Notes under the pieces: model-generated
What the model saw: the letters and a program-made list of their open reading frames with translations, nothing else
What the model was told of the DNA's origin: nothing
The model's database searches: none
Position numbers and translations under genes: made by a program
Assembly (NCBI GenBank): GCA_041695325.1
Contig: JBGFRC010000001.1
Coordinates: 7,686 to 71,685 of the forward strand
Length of the DNA stretch: 64,000 nucleotides
Direction: 5' to 3'
From: Pseudomonadota bacterium
GTDB taxonomy: Bacteria > Pseudomonadota > Gammaproteobacteria > SURF-13
Shown: piece after piece, positions 44,378-53,037 of the stretch
How the letters are laid out: every line of letters starts with the position of its first letter
Position numbering within the stretch: position 1 is the stretch's first letter

Positions 44378-44623
44378 ATGTGCCTGGCGATTCCCATGCA
44401 GATCGTGGACATACACGCGCACACCGCGCGCTGCAACGCCAACGGCGTAGAGCGCACGGTAAACCTTTTCCTGATGCAGGAAACACCGCTTGCGGCGGGC
44501 GATTTTGTGATGGTGCACGTAGGCTATGCCATCCAGAAAATCACCCTGCGCGAGGCGCGCTCGGCGTGGCAGCTTTACGATGAGATGCAATCCGCGGAAC
44601 AGGAGGGCGGTTCTCATGCATGA
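44378..44623 (+). CDS. hypC: hydrogenase maturation chaperone HypC/HybG family
   Basis: N-terminal MCLAIPMQIVDI..., the essential Cys2 motif; 81 aa. Confidence 0.9.
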   Translation: MCLAIPMQIVDIHAHTARCNANGVERTVNLFLMQETPLAAGDFVMVHVGYAIQKITLREARSAWQLYDEMQSAEQEGGSHA

Positions 44624-44999
44624 ACTGTCCATCTGCCGCGCGCTCATCCGGCAAATCGAGACCCTGGCAAGACAGCATCTGGCGCAGGCGGTCACGCGCG
44701 TCACGCTGCAAATCGGCCCGCTTTCCGGCGTGGCACCGGAACTGCTGGAGCAGGCCTTTTACGCCACGCGCGAGGGCACGCTGGCCGCGGAGGCGCGCCT
44801 GACAACAGTGCATGCGCCGGTCCGCGTGCGTTGCGAACAGTGCGGCGCGGAGAGCGCAGCGGAGATCCATCGCCTCACCTGCGCCCAATGCGGTGGCTGG
44901 CGCACGCGGCTCATCAGCGGCAATGAAATGCAACTGGTGAGCGTGGAGCTGGAGGGCGGCGATGCCGCCCCCTCAAACGAGGAAGCGGCTTATGTGTAA
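44616..44999 (+). CDS. hypA: hydrogenase nickel insertion metallochaperone HypA
   Basis: MHELSICRALI... with zinc-ribbon CEQCG...CAQCG; 127 aa. Overlaps the hypC stop. Confidence 0.9.
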   Translation: MHELSICRALIRQIETLARQHLAQAVTRVTLQIGPLSGVAPELLEQAFYATREGTLAAEARLTTVHAPVRVRCEQCGAESAAEIHRLTCAQCGGWRTRLISGNEMQLVSVELEGGDAAPSNEEAAYV

Positions 45000-45771
45000 C
45001 ACCTGCGGCTGCACCGTCACCCCCGCCAATCAACACCTTATCTACCGGCCTGTCGAGCAACAACAGCGCACCCTGCCCGTGTTCCATCGCCTGCTCGCGG
45101 AAAATGACGCGCAGGCCGCGCACAACCGCGCGCATTTCGACGCGCACGGCGTGCTGGCCGTGAATCTCATGTCCTCCCCCGGCGCGGGCAAGACAGCGCT
45201 GCTGGAGGCGACCATAGCCGCGCTGCGCGATGAAATGCGGATGGCAGTGATCGAAGGCGACCTGGAAACGGAAAACGACGCCGATCGCATCCGCGCCCAG
45301 GGCGTGCCGGCGGTACAGATCACCACCGGCGCCGCCTGTCACCTGGATGCGCGCATGGTGCACGGCGCGCTGCATCAAATTGATCTGGCCGGGGTAGACA
45401 TTGTCTTCATCGAGAACGTCGGCAACCTGGTGTGCCCGGCGAGCTTTGACCTGGGCCAGCATCGCAACGTGGTGCTGCTCTCGGTCACTGAGGGAGACGA
45501 CAAACCCGCCAAGTACCCGGTGATGTTCCGCGCGGCGGACCTGGTGCTGCTGACCAAAACCGATCTGCTGCCGCATCTGGATAATTTTGACCCCACGCAA
45601 GCGGAGCGATACTTACGCCGGCTTGCCAATCCCGCGCCGCTGTGGCTGCTCTCCTCCAAAAAAATGACCGGCCTTGAACCTTGGCTCAACTGGCTGCGCA
45701 AGCACGCGCGCAAGGCGTCTCCTCCGGTTCATGCCGGCGTTGCACTTTTTTTCACTCCCAATCACGCATGA
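44992..45771 (+). CDS. hypB: hydrogenase nickel incorporation GTPase HypB
   Basis: N-terminal MCNTCGC Ni-binding motif and P-loop SSPGAGKTALL. Confidence 0.9.
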   Translation: MCNTCGCTVTPANQHLIYRPVEQQQRTLPVFHRLLAENDAQAAHNRAHFDAHGVLAVNLMSSPGAGKTALLEATIAALRDEMRMAVIEGDLETENDADRIRAQGVPAVQITTGAACHLDARMVHGALHQIDLAGVDIVFIENVGNLVCPASFDLGQHRNVVLLSVTEGDDKPAKYPVMFRAADLVLLTKTDLLPHLDNFDPTQAERYLRRLANPAPLWLLSSKKMTGLEPWLNWLRKHARKASPPVHAGVALFFTPNHA

Positions 45772-46874
45772 CAGCCCTCTCCGCCCAAGACTGGCTGGAA
45801 AAAATCCGCGCGCTGCCGCTGCGGCGGAAAGTGCGCATCATGAACGTGTGCGGCGGGCACGAGCGCACCATCACGCTGAGCGGATTGCGCCACGCGCTGC
45901 CCGCCAACATCGAGCTCATCCCCGGCCCAGGCTGTCCGGTGTGCGTGTGTCCCGAAGAAGACGTGTACGAGGCCATCCAGCTTGCGCGCCTGGAGCACGT
46001 CATCCTGTGCGTCTTCGGCGACATGCTGCGCGTGCCGGTGAACGCGCCCAAGGGAGACGTACGCTCCCTGGAGCAGGCCAAGGCCGCGGGCGCGGACGTC
46101 CGCCCCGTCGCCTCGCCCGCCGAGGTGGTGCAAATCGCCCGTGCCCATCCGCAACGTCCGGTGGTGTTCTTCGCCGCCGGATTCGAGACTACCATGGCGC
46201 CGCTGGCCGCGATGCTGGCGCAGGGCACGCCGGACAATCTGTTCCTGCTGCTCTCCGGACGCCTGACCTGGCCCGCGGTGGCAATGTTGCTTGCCTCCGG
46301 TGCGCCCGGCTTCGATGCGCTCATCGCCCCCGGTCACGTGTCCACCATTATGGGGCCTGAACAATGGCGCTTCGTGGCGGATGAACATCATATCCCCGCC
46401 GCGATTGGCGGCTTCACGCCCGAAACACTGCTCGCCGCGATGTATTCCACGCTGCGCCAGATCAGCGAAGGCGAATGCTTTCTCGATAACTGCTATCCCG
46501 AAGTGGTGCTGCCGGGCGGCAATACGAGCGCGCAAAAATACCTGGCCGCAACCCTGCAAGTAACGGACGCCACGTGGCGCGGAATCGGCGTGATTCCCGC
46601 GTCGGGATATGCGCTCAAGGAACACCTGCGGGACAAAGACGCACGGCGGCGCTTTTCCTTTCCCTGTAATACCCGCCGCAAACGCATGGGTGAAATGCCG
46701 CCCGGCTGCGACTGCGCCAAGGTGGTGCTGGGCAAGATTTATCCGAACGCGTGCACGCTCTACGGCCGCGCCTGCACGCCGCGCACCCCCATCGGCCCGT
46801 GCATGGTCTCGGACGAAGGCGCCTGCCGCATCTGGTGGGCGGGCGGTGTGCGCGCGGAGACCGAGGCGGTATAA
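45768..46874 (+). CDS. hypD: hydrogenase formation protein HypD
   Basis: MTALSAQDWLEKIRALP...CGGHER...GPGCPVCVCPEE..., the HypD CGxH and CPVC motifs. Confidence 0.95.
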   Translation: MTALSAQDWLEKIRALPLRRKVRIMNVCGGHERTITLSGLRHALPANIELIPGPGCPVCVCPEEDVYEAIQLARLEHVILCVFGDMLRVPVNAPKGDVRSLEQAKAAGADVRPVASPAEVVQIARAHPQRPVVFFAAGFETTMAPLAAMLAQGTPDNLFLLLSGRLTWPAVAMLLASGAPGFDALIAPGHVSTIMGPEQWRFVADEHHIPAAIGGFTPETLLAAMYSTLRQISEGECFLDNCYPEVVLPGGNTSAQKYLAATLQVTDATWRGIGVIPASGYALKEHLRDKDARRRFSFPCNTRRKRMGEMPPGCDCAKVVLGKIYPNACTLYGRACTPRTPIGPCMVSDEGACRIWWAGGVRAETEAV

Positions 46875-46878
46875 GGGC

Positions 46879-47982
46879 ATGCGCCCGATTTTTCATCCGC
46901 AACTGGTCAACGATCCCTTCGGCGACCCCGGCGTGTACGTGGAATTCCTGTTTGAAAAGCGCGCGCTGCTGTTTGACCTGGGCGACCTGCGCGCGCTTGC
47001 GCCACGCAAGATTCTGCGCCTGAGTCACGCGTTCGTATCGCACACCCATATGGATCACTTCATGGGCTTCGATCAATTGCTGCGCATATGCCTCGGCAGG
47101 GACAAGAAGCTCAGCCTGTACGGGCCGCCTGGATTCATCGAGCAGGTCCATCACAAGCTCGCCGCCTACACCTGGAATCTCGTGCAGAATTATCCCGCCG
47201 ACTTTACCCTGGAAGCATTTGAGATTCACCCCGGCGGACAGCTCGATGCGGTTGAGTTTCACTGCCGGCATGGTTTTCAACGCGAGCGCGCACGCACGTC
47301 CGCCATCACTGGCGATATCCTCGTTGATGACCCCGCCTTTCGCGTGCATGTGGCGTTTCTGGATCACAAGACCGCGTGTCTTGCTTTTGCTCTGGAGGAA
47401 AAGCAGCACGTCAACGTGTGGAAAAACCGCCTGCAGGAGCAGGGGCTTGCCGTCGGGCCGTGGCTCAAGGATTTAAAGCACGCGCTGTTGAGCGGCGCAG
47501 CCGACGATACGCCGCTCGCCGTGCAGTGGCATGGGGTGAACGGCGGACGGGAAAAATACCTGCCGCTGGGCCTGCTCAAAACCAACATTCTGCGCATCGT
47601 GCCGGGACAGAAAGTGGCTTACGTCACCGATGTCATCTATCATCCGGAAAACGCAAAGCGCATCGTGGAGCTGGCCCGTGACTCCGACCTGCTGTTCATC
47701 GAATGCACCTTTCTGGAAGAAGATGCCGCGCGCGCGATGGAAAAATATCACCTCACCGCGCGTCAGGCGGGCGCATTGGCGCGCGCGGCCGGCGCGAAGC
47801 GGGTCATTCCGTTTCATTTTTCGCCGAAATACGCCGGCCAGCCGGAGCGGCTCACGCAGGAATTGGCGCGGGCATTTTCCCCGCCGCCTGCCTGTGCGTC
47901 GCCTGCTTGCGCGCTGCGCGCAGGCAAGCACGCGGACAGGCGCGCGGAGGCGCCTGCGCGGAATGCCCTATCGCTCCTCTGA
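46879..47982 (+). CDS. MBL-fold metallo-hydrolase (RNase Z/ElaC-like)
   Basis: HAFVSHTHMDH beta-lactamase-fold motif; ~367 aa. Start at the internal Met MRPIFHPQLVN, 5 nt after the hypD stop. Confidence 0.75.
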   Translation: MRPIFHPQLVNDPFGDPGVYVEFLFEKRALLFDLGDLRALAPRKILRLSHAFVSHTHMDHFMGFDQLLRICLGRDKKLSLYGPPGFIEQVHHKLAAYTWNLVQNYPADFTLEAFEIHPGGQLDAVEFHCRHGFQRERARTSAITGDILVDDPAFRVHVAFLDHKTACLAFALEEKQHVNVWKNRLQEQGLAVGPWLKDLKHALLSGAADDTPLAVQWHGVNGGREKYLPLGLLKTNILRIVPGQKVAYVTDVIYHPENAKRIVELARDSDLLFIECTFLEEDAARAMEKYHLTARQAGALARAAGAKRVIPFHFSPKYAGQPERLTQELARAFSPPPACASPACALRAGKHADRRAEAPARNALSLL

Positions 47983-48381
47983 TTTCGCATGACTCCACAA
48001 GGCATCCATCTCTTCCAGTGTGGACTCCTGCGGTTTGCGGCCGCGCTCGGCGAGCAGCGCCTCGATGCGCCGGAAGCGGCGCTCGAACTTGGCGTTAGCC
48101 CGTTGCAGAGCGGCTTCCGGGGCAACGTCGAGATGACGCGCCAGATTCACGCATACAAACAGCAGGTCGCCGATCTCGTCCTCCAGCCGGTCGTGACCGG
48201 CGCCTTGCGCGATTTCGTGGCGGATCTCGCGCAACTCCTCCTCGATCTTGCCCAGCACCTGTTCCACCTGCGGCCAATCGAAGCCCACGCGCGCCACGCG
48301 CCTTTGAAACTCCAGCGCGTGGGCCAGGGCCGTCAAGGAGGACTGGATGTTATCGAGCACGCTCTCAGGTTTGATCTTCAT
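47968..48381 (-). CDS. mazG: MazG-family nucleoside triphosphate pyrophosphohydrolase (short form)
   Basis: ...EELREIRHEI...EDEIGDLLFVCVNLARHL..., the MazG EExxE motifs. Confidence 0.8.
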   Translation of the reverse strand: MKIKPESVLDNIQSSLTALAHALEFQRRVARVGFDWPQVEQVLGKIEEELREIRHEIAQGAGHDRLEDEIGDLLFVCVNLARHLDVAPEAALQRANAKFERRFRRIEALLAERGRKPQESTLEEMDALWSHAKSEER

Positions 48382-48426
48382 GATCCGGTTTATGTGAGTT
48401 TTCGGACGCCCTGCCGCGCATCATAA

Positions 48427-50724
48427 ATGCACACACCTGTCATGTCATCCCCGCCGCCGCTTGCACCCTCGCGTCAGTCCAGGCGCTGGCTGCTCGGCGG
48501 ACGCGTGCAAGGCGTGGGCTTCCGCCCTTTTGTGTACCGCCTTGCGCGGCATTATGACCTCTCCGGCTGGGTAAGAAATCTCTCCGGCCGGGTGGAGATT
48601 GTGGCGCAGGGCGCAAACGGGACACTGGAACAGTTCAGCCGCGCGCTGATGGGTGAAGCGCCGCCGCTCGCCAGAGTTGAAATTATCTCTTGTGAACCTC
48701 TTGCTCAGACGCAGGACTGCGTATCCTTCCACATCCTGCCCAGCCTGTCCGGCGCAACCGAGTCCATCCATCTGCCGCCGGATTACTTTCTGTGCGCGGA
48801 GTGCTGGAGCGAATTGCACGATCCAGCCAACCGACGTTACCGCTATCCCTTCATTAACTGTACGCAGTGCGGTCCGCGCTACACCGTGATCCGCGCGCTG
48901 CCCTACGATCGCGCCAACACCACGCTCGCAGGCTTTGAACTATGTGCAGAGTGCAGCAAAGAATACGGCAATCCACTCGACCGGCGTTTTCACGCCGAGC
49001 CGGTGGCCTGCCCCGCGTGCGGCCCGCAACTGTTCTTCCATGCGCCGGGGCGCACCTCCATTGACGACACAGCGGACGCCCTGAGCGCATGCGTGGCCGC
49101 ATTGCGCGAAGGGAAGATCGTGGCCGTGAAAGGCGTCGGCGGCTATCATCTTATGTGCGATGCGCGCAGCGACTCCGCCGTGCTGCGCCTGCGCAGCCGC
49201 AAGCCGCGGCCGCACAAACCTCTGGCGGTGATGTTCCCGCTGCAGGGCGAAGACGGATTGAACGGCGTGCGCGGGCACGCGCTTGTCGGCGCCGTTGAAA
49301 CACGCGCCTTGCTTGATCCGGCGTGCCCCATCGTGCTGGTAAAAAAAGGTTCACAGGCCGGATTGTCGCCATACATCGCACCGGGGCTGAATGAAATCGG
49401 CGCACTGCTGCCGTACAGTCCGTTGCATCATTTGTTACTGGAAGAGTTCGGCGCGCCGCTGGTCGCCACCTCCGCCAATATCAGCGGCGAACCGGTGCTC
49501 ACGGATAATGGCAAAGCGCAGGCGCGTCTCGCGCACGTGGCGGATACGTTCCTGCACCACAACCGTCCCATCGCCCGCCCCGCCGACGATGCCGTAGTGC
49601 GCGTCATCGCCGGCAAACCGCGTGTGCTGCGCCTTGGCAGAGGGCTGGCGCCGCTGGAACTCCCCTTGCCTTTTACCCTGCGCCGCCCTCTTCTCGCCTG
49701 CGGCGCGCATATCAAAAACACCACCGCGCTGGCGTGGAATAATCGCGTGGTGATCTCGCCCCACATCGGCGACCTCGGTACCGTACGCAGCATGGAAATA
49801 TATGAACAAACCGCCGCCGATCTGCAAGCGCTTTACGGCGTGCGCGCGGAAATACTGATCTGCGACGCGCACCCCGGTTACGCCAACACGCGCTGGGCGA
49901 GACGCACAGGCTTGCCCGTCATCCCGGTCTGGCATCATCATGCGCACGCCTCCGTGCTGGCGGGTGAATTCCCCGAGGTCAAAAACTGGTTGGTGTTTAG
50001 CTGGGATGGCGTAGGCTTGGGTGAAGACGGGACCCTATGGGGCGGCGAGGCCCTGCTGGGGGCGCCTGGAAACTGGCGGCGCGCAGCGACCCTGCGTCCG
50101 TTTCATTTGCCGGGCGGAGATAAGGCCGCGCGCGGACTGTGGCGCAGCGCGCTCGCATTGTGTTGGGAGGCGGGTTATGCCTGGCGCGAATGTCCGAAAG
50201 ACATCGCACTGTTACAACACGCCTGGCAGCGGCGGCTCAACAGCCCGCAAACCAGCGCGGCGGGGCGATTGTTTGACGGAGCGGCGGCCCTGCTCGGCTT
50301 GGCCGTCGAGACCAGCTTTGAAGGACAAGGACCGATGTATCTGGAGGCCATCAGCGGTGAAATCGCGCAACCCGTCACGCTGCCGTTGCAGCGCAACGCG
50401 CGCGGGATTTGGCAAACCGAGTGGGCGCCGCTCATTCCCTATCTGCTCAATGAGGATTTAACTATTGGGCAACGCGGCGCGGGTTTTCACGCCAGTCTCG
50501 CCCAGACCCTGTTACAGCAGGCACGCGTGTTGCGCGATGAGCACGGCGTAACTCACGTGGGCCTGAGCGGCGGCGTGTTTCAAAACTGCGTGCTTACGGA
50601 GCAGGCGATGGCGCTGCTGAACAATGACGGCTTTGAGGTCCGCCTTACCGAACGCGTGCCGTGCAATGACGGCGGCATCAGCTACGGCCAAATCATCGAA
50701 GCACGCGCCAGGCTGAACAACTGA
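48427..50724 (+). CDS. hypF: carbamoyltransferase HypF
   Basis: 765 aa with acylphosphatase domain, two Zn-finger CxxC pairs, YrdC and Kae1-like domains. Confidence 0.95.
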   Translation: MHTPVMSSPPPLAPSRQSRRWLLGGRVQGVGFRPFVYRLARHYDLSGWVRNLSGRVEIVAQGANGTLEQFSRALMGEAPPLARVEIISCEPLAQTQDCVSFHILPSLSGATESIHLPPDYFLCAECWSELHDPANRRYRYPFINCTQCGPRYTVIRALPYDRANTTLAGFELCAECSKEYGNPLDRRFHAEPVACPACGPQLFFHAPGRTSIDDTADALSACVAALREGKIVAVKGVGGYHLMCDARSDSAVLRLRSRKPRPHKPLAVMFPLQGEDGLNGVRGHALVGAVETRALLDPACPIVLVKKGSQAGLSPYIAPGLNEIGALLPYSPLHHLLLEEFGAPLVATSANISGEPVLTDNGKAQARLAHVADTFLHHNRPIARPADDAVVRVIAGKPRVLRLGRGLAPLELPLPFTLRRPLLACGAHIKNTTALAWNNRVVISPHIGDLGTVRSMEIYEQTAADLQALYGVRAEILICDAHPGYANTRWARRTGLPVIPVWHHHAHASVLAGEFPEVKNWLVFSWDGVGLGEDGTLWGGEALLGAPGNWRRAATLRPFHLPGGDKAARGLWRSALALCWEAGYAWRECPKDIALLQHAWQRRLNSPQTSAAGRLFDGAAALLGLAVETSFEGQGPMYLEAISGEIAQPVTLPLQRNARGIWQTEWAPLIPYLLNEDLTIGQRGAGFHASLAQTLLQQARVLRDEHGVTHVGLSGGVFQNCVLTEQAMALLNNDGFEVRLTERVPCNDGGISYGQIIEARARLNN

Positions 50725-51728
50725 TGCAAGACACCCACATCAGCCTCGCGCACGGCAACGGCGGGCGCTGCATGCGCGAGCTCATCGAACGCCTGTTCGC
50801 GCATCACCTGGCCAATCCGCTGCTCGACATTGACGCCGATGCCGTGCCGCTGCCGATGCCGGAGGGCGAGATCATGCTCACCACGGACGGTTTCACCGTG
50901 CAGCCGCTGGAGTTTCCCGGCGGCGACATCGGGGCGCTCGCCGTACACGGCACGGTGAACGACCTCGCGGTGGCTGGCGCGACGCCGCTCTATCTCACCC
51001 TCAACGCGTTGATTGAGGAAGGCCTGGAAGTCGCCCAGCTCCGGCGCATCATCGCCAGCCTCGCGCGCAGCGCGCGGGAAACCGGCGTGCGCGTGGTGGC
51101 GGGCGACACCAAGGTCGTGCCGCGTGGCGCGGGCGGCGGTCTGTACCTTTCCGCCAGCGGCGTGGGTGCGCGCGCGCCTGGCGTACAGTTGGGCATAACG
51201 CAGATCAGGGAGGGTGATGCGATACTGGTCAGCGGGCCGGTGGGCGATCACGCCGTGGCCGTGCTGCTCGCACGCGAACAATTCGGCCTGCGCGGAAACA
51301 TATACTCCGACATGGCCTGCGTGCTGCCGCTCACCCGCGCCCTGCTCGCCTTTGCCGGTCTGCGCTTCATGCGCGATCCCACGCGCGGCGGACTCGCCAC
51401 CGTGCTGCACGAAATTTGCCGTGCAACCAATCTGGGCGTGCATCTTGAAGAAGCCGCCATACCCATCAGGCCCGCCGTGCGCTCGGTATGTGACATGCTC
51501 GGCTATGACCCGCTCTATCTCGCCTGCGAAGGCCGCGTAGTCGCGGTGATTGCACCCGATCAGGCGCAAGCGGCGCTCGCAGTCTGGCGCACCGCGCCGC
51601 TGGGCGACCAGGCCGCCATCATCGGACACATGACAGGCAACCCGGCGCGTGTAATCCTGGAAACCTACATCGGCGGCAGACGCATACTGGAAGAACTGGA
51701 AGACGACCCCCTGCCGCGTATCTGCTGA
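50724..51728 (+). CDS. hypE: hydrogenase expression/formation protein HypE
   Basis: AIR-synthase-like fold ending ...DDPLPRIC with the conserved C-terminal Cys; 334 aa. Confidence 0.95.
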   Translation: MQDTHISLAHGNGGRCMRELIERLFAHHLANPLLDIDADAVPLPMPEGEIMLTTDGFTVQPLEFPGGDIGALAVHGTVNDLAVAGATPLYLTLNALIEEGLEVAQLRRIIASLARSARETGVRVVAGDTKVVPRGAGGGLYLSASGVGARAPGVQLGITQIREGDAILVSGPVGDHAVAVLLAREQFGLRGNIYSDMACVLPLTRALLAFAGLRFMRDPTRGGLATVLHEICRATNLGVHLEEAAIPIRPAVRSVCDMLGYDPLYLACEGRVVAVIAPDQAQAALAVWRTAPLGDQAAIIGHMTGNPARVILETYIGGRRILEELEDDPLPRIC

Positions 51729-51897
51729 CAACACGCCTGGACCCCGGTCATCGAATCCAGGGTCGAACGGGCATCCCTTGTGACGGGACTTTCCTATTTG
51801 TCGAAAAAAAGGTATTATTTCGACACATTATTCCGATCTGTCGATGCGATCAACAGGTTCTGCGGACGTGTCGAACCACGAGATACTTGATAAACAA

Positions 51898-53037
51898 ATG
51901 AAAAATTTCGATCCCGCCAAGCCCTATAACGCACTGCCCCTGCTGCCTCCACAGGCAGATATCGAAAGCCGGACGGTACTCAAGGCTTGCATCGGCGCCC
52001 GCGCCGCGCTGGGGGAGCTCAAGCAGGCCGCAGGGTTGATTCCCAACCCGGCCATCCTGATCAACACCATTCCCCTGCTCGAAGCGCGCGCCAGTTCCGA
52101 AATCGAGAATATCGTCACCACTGCCGATCGTCTGTTCCGATATGCCCAGAATGATGCGGCAGGGCGGGCCGACCCGGCTACGAAGGAAGCGCTGCGTTAC
52201 CGTACCGCGCTGTATCAGGGGTTCCAATCGCTGAAAAAGCGGCCACTCACCACCGCCACCGCCGTGGACATCTGTCGCACCATCAAGGGTGTGGCCTTGG
52301 ATGTCCGGCGCATACCAGGCACGACACTCGCCAACGACGCTACCGGCAAGGTGATCTATACGCCACCGCAGGGCGAGGCCTTGCTGCGCAAGCTGCTCGC
52401 CAATTGGGAGCGTTTCCTGCACGAGGCCGACGAGTTCGACCCCCTCATTCGCATGGCCGTGGCGCATTGCCAGTTCGAGGCTATACACCCGTTCAGCGAC
52501 GGTAACGGCCGTACCGGTCGCATCCTCAACCTGCTGTTCCTGGTAGAACAAGGGCTGATCGATCTGCCTGTGCTCTACCTCAGCCGTCATATTCTCCGCC
52601 GCAAGGCTGATTACTACCGCCTTCTGCAGGCGGTCACCACCGGGGGACAATGGGAAAAATGGCTGCTTTACATGCTGAGCGGCGTCGAGGAGACGGCCCG
52701 CTGGACCACCACCAAGATTCAAGCCATTCGCGAACTACTTGATGCCACGGCGGATTGGGTTGGCGCAGAACTGCCCGCCATCTGCAGCCGCGAGCTCATT
52801 GAGCTGGTATTCGTTCAGCCATACTGCCGCATCGCAAATGTAGTGGAGGCCGGAATAGCCCGACGCCAGACCGCCTCAGTATATCTAAAGGAACTATGCG
52901 CTGTCGGTATCCTGAAAGAAATGAGCGCCGGACGCGAGAAGCTTTTTATCAACCCACGACTGATGACACTACTCACAGCAGAACACCACGCTGTGTCCAT
53001 ATCTCTGGGGAAGAAAAGATCAAACCATGCCAACTGA
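51898..53037 (+). CDS. Fic-family protein with C-terminal winged helix
   Basis: Fic motif HPFSDGNGRTGR; N-terminus MKNFDPAKPYNALPLLPP typical of this Fic class. Alternative upstream start at 51844. Confidence 0.85.
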   Translation: MKNFDPAKPYNALPLLPPQADIESRTVLKACIGARAALGELKQAAGLIPNPAILINTIPLLEARASSEIENIVTTADRLFRYAQNDAAGRADPATKEALRYRTALYQGFQSLKKRPLTTATAVDICRTIKGVALDVRRIPGTTLANDATGKVIYTPPQGEALLRKLLANWERFLHEADEFDPLIRMAVAHCQFEAIHPFSDGNGRTGRILNLLFLVEQGLIDLPVLYLSRHILRRKADYYRLLQAVTTGGQWEKWLLYMLSGVEETARWTTTKIQAIRELLDATADWVGAELPAICSRELIELVFVQPYCRIANVVEAGIARRQTASVYLKELCAVGILKEMSAGREKLFINPRLMTLLTAEHHAVSISLGKKRSNHAN

